IMG/VR virus record: IMGVR_UViG_3300049844_000141
Span: 1-29,957 of that record
Length of the DNA: 29,957 nucleotides
Origin: a virus
Taxonomy: Duplodnaviria > Caudoviricetes
Reading direction: 5' to 3' (one strand)
Positions 18,865 to 25,568 of the stretch are shown here, piece after piece. The notes under the pieces were generated by a model. That model searched no databases, was not told the DNA's origin, and saw nothing but the letters and a program-made list of their open reading frames with translations. The first letter of the stretch is position 1; each line of letters begins with the position of its first letter. The position numbers were made by a program, and so were the translations under genes.

Positions 18865-19252
18865 TCAAAGCTGTCAAAACCAAAGCATCTAACTCCTCAT
18901 CTTTAAGCTTACCCATAGCGTGTGTAATCTCTTTCTTCTCAGTAACCTTGCCTTCAGACCGTTCTAGCAACTCCTTAATAGCAGCCAGGGCTACCTTAGA
19001 ATCCTCATCAAGTACTGCCATAGAAGCCAGCCGGGCTACTGCTGCCGCCCTCGCTGATTCCAAAATATCTTTAGTAGGTGCACGCCCCTCTATGAGGCGG
19101 CGGAGCTCTGGCAATAAATCAGCTCGCAAATCTTGGAATAGAGCTAGGTCATCTAGTGACTCTAGTAAAGAATCTTCTCGCTGATTAGTTGCCGCAGGCA
19201 ACCGGTTGCTAGCTGGCTGAGCTGTAAATCTACCGCCTCGGGCTCTTGTCAT
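18839..19252 (-). CDS. terS: Terminase small subunit
   Basis: 137 aa helical, ALAAIKELLERSEGK and LKDEELDAL motifs; overlaps terL start; AAGGAG RBS. Confidence 0.7.
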   Translation of the reverse strand: MTRARGGRFTAQPASNRLPAATNQREDSLLESLDDLALFQDLRADLLPELRRLIEGRAPTKDILESARAAAVARLASMAVLDEDSKVALAAIKELLERSEGKVTEKKEITHAMGKLKDEELDALVLTALSENASDES

Positions 19253-19275
19253 GGGACTCCTTATTAGTCTCTTAT

Positions 19276-19305
19276 ACTATACCACTAGATACGCGCCCCT
19301 TTCAA
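19276..19305 (-). promoter_or_regulatory. sigma70-type promoter of the morphogenesis arm
   Basis: TTGAAA-18 nt-TATAGT with extended -10 TG, about 25 nt upstream of terS. Confidence 0.65.
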
Positions 19306-19854
19306 CAAAAATCTTTCAATGAAGGCTAAAATTCCCGAAAAACTTGTTAAATAACTAGTGAGTATTGAGGTGGATGTGATGGTAGGGCACGCGCCCTGTT
19401 TATGGGTTAACCCTATGATATCCCTAAGGATTATTAATAATATACAGTTTTGGCTGTTTTGTCTCATTTTGGCTCATTAGATCTAATATATTTGATTTAA
19501 TAAACGAGAGTTGAATGATTTCAAGTACTTAGCTATGGGGTGGGCAATGTAGTCAACTACATAACCATAGTTTTAAGGTGATTATGGACCTTTCATTGGT
19601 GTTATTCATTTGTTTGTGTGTTTTGTAGTTGTTTACTTAATTATAGCATTGATACTTATTCTAGTATTTATATTGTTAACGCTTTGTGGGGCCTATTAAC
19701 GCTTCATATGGTTTAGTTTTGGCTGGTTTTATATACCTATAGTATATTTATAACGCTTTTGTTTATTCTAAATCTCATATTGATACTATAACTATTAAAT
19801 TTTTGCTTTAATTTTCTGATGTATTTCTGTACAATATATTAAAAGGAGTGTTGT

Positions 19855-19950
19855 ATGAAAACTATATGGATTAGATGTTCAAGAATCTCAAGCGAACAGA
19901 TCAAGCGTTTAGAGGCCTTAGGTTTTAAAGTTATGGTAGTTATCAAATAA
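19855..19950 (+). CDS. 31-aa basic peptide
   Basis: AAGGAG RBS then MKTIWIRCSRISSEQIKRLEALGFKVMVVIK; followed directly by a terminator. Confidence 0.65.
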   Translation: MKTIWIRCSRISSEQIKRLEALGFKVMVVIK

Positions 19951-19978
19951 CAAAAGGCCCTTTTAGGGCCCTTGTTTT
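19949..19978. terminator. Bidirectional intrinsic terminator
   Basis: GGCCCT-TTT-AGGGCC stem flanked by A-rich and T-rich runs, between convergent ORFs. Confidence 0.75.
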
Positions 19979-20005
19979 CGTTCTATTCTAATTTAATTAT
20001 TTATT

Positions 20006-20236
20006 TTATTGTTCAAATTTATTTAAATCTTCTAATTGGAAAATCCTCTGCATATCATTCACAGCTTGTCCAATATGCAACAACTCTTCAGCTGAATTAA
20101 TTTCAATAACAGTCATATAATCTTTTGGATCATAGTTGTCTACATATTGTTTGTGCATGATTTTTCCATGGGGAAATTGATCGTTAAATACTAAAAAGCA
20201 TTGTTTGAATTCAGTTTGTTTCATACAAATCTCCAT
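20006..20236 (-). CDS. Hypothetical protein
   Basis: ORF track; last gene of the leftward micro-operon; true start may be the second Met (MKQTEF, GGAG RBS). Confidence 0.65.
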   Translation of the reverse strand: MEICMKQTEFKQCFLVFNDQFPHGKIMHKQYVDNYDPKDYMTVIEINSAEELLHIGQAVNDMQRIFQLEDLNKFEQ

Positions 20237-20469
20237 ATAGTTTGTTCAATATTTAATTGGTCTCGTTCAGATAGTTTTTCATAGTCTACTTGTTTATTAG
20301 TATCTTTATCAAAGGCATCAATGCTGACAATTTCAACATGATGTTTATCAATAAATGAGTCTTCTATATTTTTTAATACAACTTTAATTTTAAGTTCATT
20401 ATATATAAATTCTTTATTATACATTTGATCTCCTAAGTGATTTAGTTGGTTTTTTAATCTGATTTTCAA
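20221..20469 (-). CDS. Hypothetical protein
   Basis: ORF track; true start probably the internal MYNKEF behind an AGGAG RBS. Confidence 0.6.
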   Translation of the reverse strand: MKIRLKNQLNHLGDQMYNKEFIYNELKIKVVLKNIEDSFIDKHHVEIVSIDAFDKDTNKQVDYEKLSERDQLNIEQTIWRFV

Positions 20470-20647
20470 ACATATTTAAAACTTCTTTTTGTTCTAAAGC
20501 TTCTTCATTTATATGATTTGAATATTGAACCATTCTCCTAATTTGATTAGTTTTTCTTGATACACTTTCCCCTCTAACTGAGGCTCTTAATAAGAACTTT
20601 TCAATATTAGTGTCCACATAGTGTGCCATGTTAATTAAATTACTCAT
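20417..20647 (-). CDS. Hypothetical protein
   Basis: 76 aa; AGGCGG RBS; start overlaps the upstream ORF end. Confidence 0.65.
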   Translation of the reverse strand: MSNLINMAHYVDTNIEKFLLRASVRGESVSRKTNQIRRMVQYSNHINEEALEQKEVLNMFENQIKKPTKSLRRSNV

Positions 20648-20786
20648 TGAATACCGCCTTTGTTTGGATGATTCTAGTTTTAATTTGAGACTTCTTTATA
20701 ACTTCTACAGCTTGTGTGGCTGTATAACTTGCATGGATTAGTACCACTATCAAAAGACTTAAATAAATTTTTACTGCTTTACTCAT
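20640..20786 (-). CDS. 48-aa protein with N-terminal hydrophobic segment
   Basis: Below cutoff; AGGAGG RBS; MSKAVKIYLSLLIVVLIHASYTATQAVEVIKKSQIKTRIIQTKAVFNE. Confidence 0.65.
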   Translation of the reverse strand: MSKAVKIYLSLLIVVLIHASYTATQAVEVIKKSQIKTRIIQTKAVFNE

Positions 20787-20866
20787 TAGATACCTCCTAT
20801 TAAAATTAAAAATGTACTTGTTACTATTAAAAATGTTGCTATGTATGTGAATATTAAGCTGATCAT
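20786..20866 (-). CDS. 26-aa single-pass membrane peptide
   Basis: Below cutoff; AGGAG RBS; MISLIFTYIATFLIVTSTFLILIGGI; TAATG coupling to the next gene. Confidence 0.6.
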   Translation of the reverse strand: MISLIFTYIATFLIVTSTFLILIGGI

Positions 20867-20894
20867 TGTTGTGTTCTCCTATGCAATTAAGTAC

Positions 20895-20910
20895 TGCAAC
20901 GCAGGTGCCA
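20895..20910 (-). promoter_or_regulatory. sigma54 (RpoN) -24/-12 promoter
   Basis: Minus strand TGGCAC-CTGCG-TTGCA, exact match to TGGCAC-N5-TTGCW, intergenic, 15 nt upstream of an RBS. Confidence 0.8.
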
Positions 20911-20990
20911 ACGTCAGTTCAAATTAAACATTGAATGGATGTGTATGGGTTAGACAGTGTATGTAATCCTGACAGACATGTCTTGGATTA

Positions 20991-21095
20991 AAGCAACCCG
21001 CTGCCTCAGCTTGCTACGGTGCTAAGCAGCCCGTTGGCTCAGGTCGTTACGGCTACAAGCAACTAGTTGGCTACGAAAAATAACAACCAATTGCC
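20991..21095 (+). repeat. Degenerate 33-bp tandem repeat carrying a 13-mer motif
   Basis: Units at 20991 and 21024 share 23/33 nt; third partial unit at 21057; motif copies start at 20993, 21026, 21059, weaker one at 21083. Confidence 0.7.
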
Positions 21096-21180
21096 CAGTA
21101 TTCTGCAATCTTTGTTAAAGTGGTTTAGTTTATTTTATTAAAGTAATCTAATTAATATTTGCTGTATACTTTTTTTACAC

Positions 21181-21408
21181 TTATGCCTTATAGTTTAAGC
21201 ATTCCCTTAATACTTGCTTAACGTGTTCCTCATCTCCTAGCTTAAAGATAGGTTCATCCCCTTCTCTAATGCTATTGTCAGGATATGGTAAGCCTAATAG
21301 CCTGTTAACTCTAATAGCATGTCTATGCCTATAGACTATAAGCTTATGTCGCTGCTTATTATCAGTTGCCTCAAACACTTCATAAAAACCAGGTTTAACC
21401 ATTTCCAT
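21181..21408 (-). CDS. Hypothetical protein with its own strong promoter
   Basis: 75 aa; GGAGG RBS. Confidence 0.7.
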   Translation of the reverse strand: MEMVKPGFYEVFEATDNKQRHKLIVYRHRHAIRVNRLLGLPYPDNSIREGDEPIFKLGDEEHVKQVLRECLNYKA

Positions 21409-21448
21409 AAGGTTCCTCCATCTCTAACCTATTCGATCCTATATGCAA

Positions 21449-21477
21449 TTTATACCACTTCCTTCAACGATTGTCAA
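21449..21477 (-). promoter_or_regulatory. Strong sigma70 promoter (leftward)
   Basis: TTGACA-17 nt-TATAAA with extended -10 TG. Confidence 0.8.
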
Positions 21478-21583
21478 GCTACCCTTATCTAGGTATCCCC
21501 CAAACAGGAATCTAGCCTCCGTTGGCTATTAGCTAACATCCTATTCGATCTGGCTAAAAATATCGAGGCGTGCTTCTTTGCAC

Positions 21584-21612
21584 TTGCTTTTAAAGGAATT
21601 TCCAAGTATAGT
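21584..21612 (+). promoter_or_regulatory. sigma70 promoter (rightward, replication arm)
   Basis: TTGCTT-17 nt-TATAGT upstream of the helicase gene. Confidence 0.65.
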
Positions 21613-21704
21613 AAACTGACAAGATGAGTAGTTGAGTTGACTTGCCTATCCTTTTTTAAATAGAGAGGAGTATACTAGTAAACTAACTCATCTTAGTCAT
21701 TTAC
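21611..21704. repeat. Long imperfect inverted repeat in the helicase leader
   Basis: GTAAA-C-TGAC-AAGATGAGT-AGTT pairs with AACT-A-ACTCATCTT-A-GTCA-TTTAC. Confidence 0.8.
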
Positions 21705-21725
21705 ACATACAAAAGGAGTAACTAC

Positions 21726-22979
21726 GTGCAATCATTAGGCTTTATCCCTGACATTTCCGGAGCAAACCTGCAGATCTTGATGGAAAGGCAAATAATAAAG
21801 AACGCATTGACCAGTTTAAAGCCCAGTTTTCAAGGAAGTACTCATCTGGTCTGCACCGATCCAACTATAAAAGACGAGAATTCCTTAACTGGAAGGTTAC
21901 TTGATTATTGTTATCGAGGGGGGTTAGTTAGGTCCAACCAGACCCCAGCCAGCTATTGGCAAAGGATTATTGAAGAGATTATTTTGGAAGAGAAGCTGAC
22001 TCAGATTAAAACCATTATAAAAAAGATGGCTTATAGAGAAGGGCAACCAGTTGGCCAGGATACTAAGTTCCCATTGCTTTATGCCTTCACTACAGCGTTA
22101 ACAGGGCAACCAGCTAGCGATATTGATGTCCATGCCTTAGCTCACTTTATATGGCAGATTAAACGCAAAATACTAGGCCTGACAGTAGAGCACCATTTGA
22201 TGCCTATAGTTTGGGGTAAGGGAGGTGCGGGGAAGAGCAGGGCATTAGAGTTGCTTATATCTCCTATAAAAGGCTATGTTATTAAAGGCCTCTCTTTCGA
22301 TAAGTTAGGGGATGATAGGTACTTTAAGCAACTAGCTGACCATTTGCTAGTATTTTTTGATGAGATGCCCAAAGTTGAGAAGGCTTCAGTAGAATCTATT
22401 AAACAAATAATATCAGAGTCAACACTTACAGGACGAGTGCTTTATTCTAATGGACACAAATCATATCCGCAGAATTGTACATTTTTAGGAACATCTAACT
22501 TATCTCCAGCTCAATTAATACATGATCCAACTGGTATGAGAAGGTTTCATTACATTAAGTGTGCTGATAAAGTTGATAGAGATGTTGTTAATAATATAAA
22601 TTATTGTGAATTATGGGGCGAAGTTAATGAGTATAGAGATTATGCGTATACTACAGAAGTAATGGATAAGTTGACAGAGGTTCAAGAAGAACTTAGAATT
22701 AAAGATTCAGTTGAGATGTTTATTTCAGAAGGATTTATTATAGATAATGGAAGTAATGAGGTTAGATTTAGGGCGCGTGAAGCTTACGAAGTATATAAAG
22801 ATTATTGTAAGGAAGCAGGTATTTCCCATTCATTAGCTAAGCAATCATTTAATAGATTACTTTCTGAGCGTTATAAATTTAGAAGAGTAAATGTTGGAGG
22901 AATTGCTGAACTAAGAACGCCTCAATTTTATGGACAACTAAATAAGAATCCAAGTAAGTTAGATGGCAAGGGGTTATAA
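21726..22979 (+). CDS. VapE-family (SF3-like) P-loop helicase of phage replication
   Basis: Walker A GKGGAGKS, Walker B VFFDEM, GTSN sensor, DPTGMRRF; C-terminal winged-helix-like YEVYKDYC; GTG start with AAGGAG RBS. Confidence 0.85.
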   Translation: MQSLGFIPDISGANLQILMERQIIKNALTSLKPSFQGSTHLVCTDPTIKDENSLTGRLLDYCYRGGLVRSNQTPASYWQRIIEEIILEEKLTQIKTIIKKMAYREGQPVGQDTKFPLLYAFTTALTGQPASDIDVHALAHFIWQIKRKILGLTVEHHLMPIVWGKGGAGKSRALELLISPIKGYVIKGLSFDKLGDDRYFKQLADHLLVFFDEMPKVEKASVESIKQIISESTLTGRVLYSNGHKSYPQNCTFLGTSNLSPAQLIHDPTGMRRFHYIKCADKVDRDVVNNINYCELWGEVNEYRDYAYTTEVMDKLTEVQEELRIKDSVEMFISEGFIIDNGSNEVRFRAREAYEVYKDYCKEAGISHSLAKQSFNRLLSERYKFRRVNVGGIAELRTPQFYGQLNKNPSKLDGKGL

Positions 22980-22981
22980 GT

Positions 22982-23053
22982 ATGAGTCAAGAAACAGCCT
23001 TTGTTGTTTTAAACTTGCTGATATTGCTATTAATTTACAGACTATGTGACTGA
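22982..23053 (+). CDS. 23-aa hydrophobic peptide
   Basis: MSQETAFVVLNLLILLLIYRLCD, starts 2 nt after the helicase stop; AAGGGG RBS. Confidence 0.4.
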   Translation: MSQETAFVVLNLLILLLIYRLCD

Positions 23054-23121
23054 TAGTTATAGTTTATATACTATAAGTACCTATAGGAATAGATTTAAAC
23101 AGATACAAAAGGAAATGACTA

Positions 23122-23346
23122 ATGGACATTACATATTGCAAAGCAACAGGCTGCCCGCTGGCAGCAAACTGTCTCCGATCAACTGCGCCCACTCAGAGCA
23201 TTTATTCAATGTTTGTAGAGCCACCATTCAAAGAAGGTGCTTGCGAAATGCAAATAAAAGTAGATGAAGTTAAAAAAGTTAGAAAGCCCTTTGGTATAAT
23301 AGGTAATAATAAAAAATTTTTACAAGGAAGAAGAAAGGTTAGGTAA
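23122..23346 (+). CDS. Small Cys-rich phage protein (probable metal binding)
   Basis: MDITYC-x4-CPL-x3-CLR...C pattern; AAGGA RBS. Confidence 0.7.
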   Translation: MDITYCKATGCPLAANCLRSTAPTQSIYSMFVEPPFKEGACEMQIKVDEVKKVRKPFGIIGNNKKFLQGRRKVR

Positions 23347-23349
23347 CCC

Positions 23350-23565
23350 ATGGACTATATTGATCCAAAGAAAGCTATTTTAGTTTATACAAATTTAATC
23401 GATATGAAGACTAAGAAGCCAATACTTACTACAACAGTAAATACGCAAACTACACCGCCCGTACAACTATTTACACGTTCCATAATGAGATGGGAGCCAC
23501 AAAGATTAAAAAGAGATTTGCCTTGGTTCATGATTTGTGAGATGATGGAAAAGAATCGACAATAG
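23350..23565 (+). CDS. Hypothetical protein
   Basis: 71 aa; tight packing; AGGT RBS. Confidence 0.6.
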   Translation: MDYIDPKKAILVYTNLIDMKTKKPILTTTVNTQTTPPVQLFTRSIMRWEPQRLKRDLPWFMICEMMEKNRQ

Positions 23566-23585
23566 TTAAAGGAGAATAAATACAT

Positions 23586-23729
23586 ATGCAGACAATAATG
23601 TTTTACATTCTTACAGCAACAGCTTTTGGCGCGTGGCAGAATTCCGTTCTAGCTGGAATATTTATGGGATTGTTGCTATTTTACTTGAATCATTTGATTG
23701 CCTTAGTTAAGATAAGAAGTCAAGAGTAG
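23586..23729 (+). CDS. 47-aa membrane protein (two hydrophobic segments)
   Basis: Below cutoff; AAGGAG RBS; MQTIMFYILTATAFGAWQNSVLAGIFMGLLLFYLNHLIALVKIRSQE. Confidence 0.65.
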   Translation: MQTIMFYILTATAFGAWQNSVLAGIFMGLLLFYLNHLIALVKIRSQE

Positions 23730-23733
23730 TAAT

Positions 23734-23844
23734 ATGGAGCTAAGTTTGCTACTTAAAAATTTACAAGAAGTTAAAGAATTGTTGAATAGGAAAAAGTTTT
23801 TACAGCGTGAAATTTATTATAGACTTAAATTAAAGGATAAATAA
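23734..23844 (+). CDS. 36-aa basic helical peptide
   Basis: MELSLLLKNLQEVKELLNRKKFLQREIYYRLKLKDK fills the gap exactly. Confidence 0.5.
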   Translation: MELSLLLKNLQEVKELLNRKKFLQREIYYRLKLKDK

Positions 23845-23845
23845 A

Positions 23846-24319
23846 TTGGAAACTTATTACACACCGGAAGAAGTAGCTAGTTGGCTAGTTGACAGAAGAC
23901 ATTTACCAACTATGCGCATGTATACACAAAGGGAATTATTAGAAGACGCCTCACAAGATTTCTGGTTATATTCAAAAATCAAAGGCTTTAAAAAATCATA
24001 CCAATTAAGGCAACTTTATATTACTTTTTGTAAAACATGGTTACTTACTAAAGGTAGGCGCGCCAGTAAGGAACTTACATTTAAGGAAGAATTTCAAGGA
24101 GGCATAAACCCTGAAGAGGCTTTAGAGTATATACAGCATGAGGAATTACTTAAAAGTACTATTGAATGTATAAATAAAGAGCTGCCAACAAAGCAGAGAG
24201 ATACTGTGTTAGATTGGGCCTTCAATGGATCGCGTGAATGGAAAAACGATAACGCAAAATGGGCCAATTATAAGCGTGGGATGTCTACTTTGAGGAGGGT
24301 TTTTAAAGGAGTACCTTAG
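23846..24319 (+). CDS. ECF sigma-factor-like protein
   Basis: LEDASQDFWL (region 2-like), ELPTKQRDTVL and YKRGMSTLRR (region 4-like); TTG start with AAGGA RBS. Confidence 0.55.
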   Translation: METYYTPEEVASWLVDRRHLPTMRMYTQRELLEDASQDFWLYSKIKGFKKSYQLRQLYITFCKTWLLTKGRRASKELTFKEEFQGGINPEEALEYIQHEELLKSTIECINKELPTKQRDTVLDWAFNGSREWKNDNAKWANYKRGMSTLRRVFKGVP

Positions 24320-24398
24320 TACGCTATAGCAGCTATAACACCCTAATATGCCTATTAAAGCATACTTTAGTATGCCAAAAAGAAGTTTATTAATATAC

Positions 24399-24427
24399 TT
24401 GCGTATATAGTAACAATATGTTAAAAT
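24399..24427 (+). promoter_or_regulatory. sigma70 promoter of the protease/lysis cluster
   Basis: TTGCGT-17 nt-TAAAAT with extended -10 TG; palindrome GCATACT-TT-AGTATGC upstream at 24360-24375. Confidence 0.7.
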
Positions 24428-24461
24428 TAAAAAGAAAGAACACTTAAAGGAAGGAATTTAC

Positions 24462-25301
24462 TTGAAAAAACATGAATTCATTAAAACATTAGCAACCATT
24501 GCCGTAGTAGCCTGTTTAGCCTTATTTGGAGGCTTTGCAATGGGTTCCTTTGTAGCAGATTTGTTACCTGAACCAGCTGCGGAAGTAACTAAACATATAC
24601 CACTTACTGGCGAGCAAAAGCGTTACATAGATCTAGAGAAGGCACCAAGTCTACCAATGACTTTATCCGAGCGTGCATTAAAGACTGCAGTTCGCATGAT
24701 TATTCCATATGAGTTAGGCCAAGGTAATGTAGTTACAAAAGCAGTCCGTGGCTCGGCAATCCATATGCGTAATAATATATTCCTATCAGCTAGGCATGTA
24801 TGCGAAGCACTTAAGCATGCTAAGCAACAGCCATATGTAATCGACTATAAAAGAAATATGTTTCCAATAATCCGGTATGAATCATCTGTATTCCCAATTG
24901 ATGTATGCATCTTCAAGATTAATGCCCCGATCCCATCCTTGTGGCCTGAGACACAAATGGAACAAAATAGAGTTGATTTAGTTGGACAAATTATTATTAA
25001 TGGAAGTTTCAGTGGTGGTGAGTATTATTCCTATAGAGTTGGTAGAATTATTACTGATGAGGTTATAGATACAGGAAGTATTAGAGGTTATGAGGATACA
25101 GCGTTGACTGTAAATATTTTTACTGCTGAATTAGATATTAGGCCCGGCGCGTCAGGTTCAGGCGCTTTGAATTTAGATGGAAAGTTAGTTGGCATAGTTG
25201 TTTTAAGTTATCCGCCATACGCTGGAATTACTAGATTAGAGGATGTTAAGGCATTTTTAAGAAAGAGTAAGATTGCTAAGGAGGAGTTATATGGAAACTA
25301 A
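24462..25301 (+). CDS. Membrane-anchored trypsin-like (S1) serine protease
   Basis: N-terminal TM helix; triad motifs SARHVC, IDVCI, PGASGSG; LDGKLVGIV. Confidence 0.85.
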   Translation: MKKHEFIKTLATIAVVACLALFGGFAMGSFVADLLPEPAAEVTKHIPLTGEQKRYIDLEKAPSLPMTLSERALKTAVRMIIPYELGQGNVVTKAVRGSAIHMRNNIFLSARHVCEALKHAKQQPYVIDYKRNMFPIIRYESSVFPIDVCIFKINAPIPSLWPETQMEQNRVDLVGQIIINGSFSGGEYYSYRVGRIITDEVIDTGSIRGYEDTALTVNIFTAELDIRPGASGSGALNLDGKLVGIVVLSYPPYAGITRLEDVKAFLRKSKIAKEELYGN

Positions 25302-25518
25302 ACCAATTAAAATTATTTTTGATTATGCAGACCATGATTCAAGGGAGACCATTAAAAGGCTTTACCAAGCTGAAGAGGCTTTAAGTGTTGCAGAAGATGT
25401 TTACAACGAGCTTCGTGGATGGTTGAAGCATGGTGATGTAGAGTATTTAAAAGAAGAGGACTTTGATCGTTTAGAAGCTATTAAAGGAAAATTGTGCGCT
25501 GTAGTTTTTAAAGAGTAG
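25273..25518 (+). CDS. Hypothetical protein
   Basis: ORF track; true start likely METKPI behind AGGAGG. Confidence 0.65.
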   Translation: MLRRSYMETKPIKIIFDYADHDSRETIKRLYQAEEALSVAEDVYNELRGWLKHGDVEYLKEEDFDRLEAIKGKLCAVVFKE

Positions 25519-25568
25519 TTAACGCGTGTCACATAAACAATCAAATCTTGTGACAAAAGAAGGGTATT

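Noticed and set aside
2861-19184. Plus-strand ORFs in the track opposite the structural genes (for example 4182..4775, 10113..10439, 12471..12716, 17474..17722)
   Set aside because: Antisense shadows of well-supported minus-strand genes; no RBS and no recognisable motifs.
19285-19467. 60-aa minus-strand ORF upstream of terS
   Set aside because: No RBS, overlaps the terS promoter, atypical composition.
19796-19822. sigma28-like promoter TAAA-N15-TCTGATGT before the 31-aa gene
   Set aside because: Only 4 of 8 matches to GCCGATAA in very AT-rich DNA.
20991-21095. 33-bp periodic array as a mini-CRISPR
   Set aside because: Units are contiguous and degenerate and the inter-motif segments resemble each other; there is no identical-repeat/unique-spacer structure and no cas gene.
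23046-23267. 73-aa plus-strand ORF, and minus-strand ORFs 23385..23585, 28658..28933, 29606..29806 and 14506..14832
   Set aside because: Each overlaps a better supported gene with an RBS and coherent packing.
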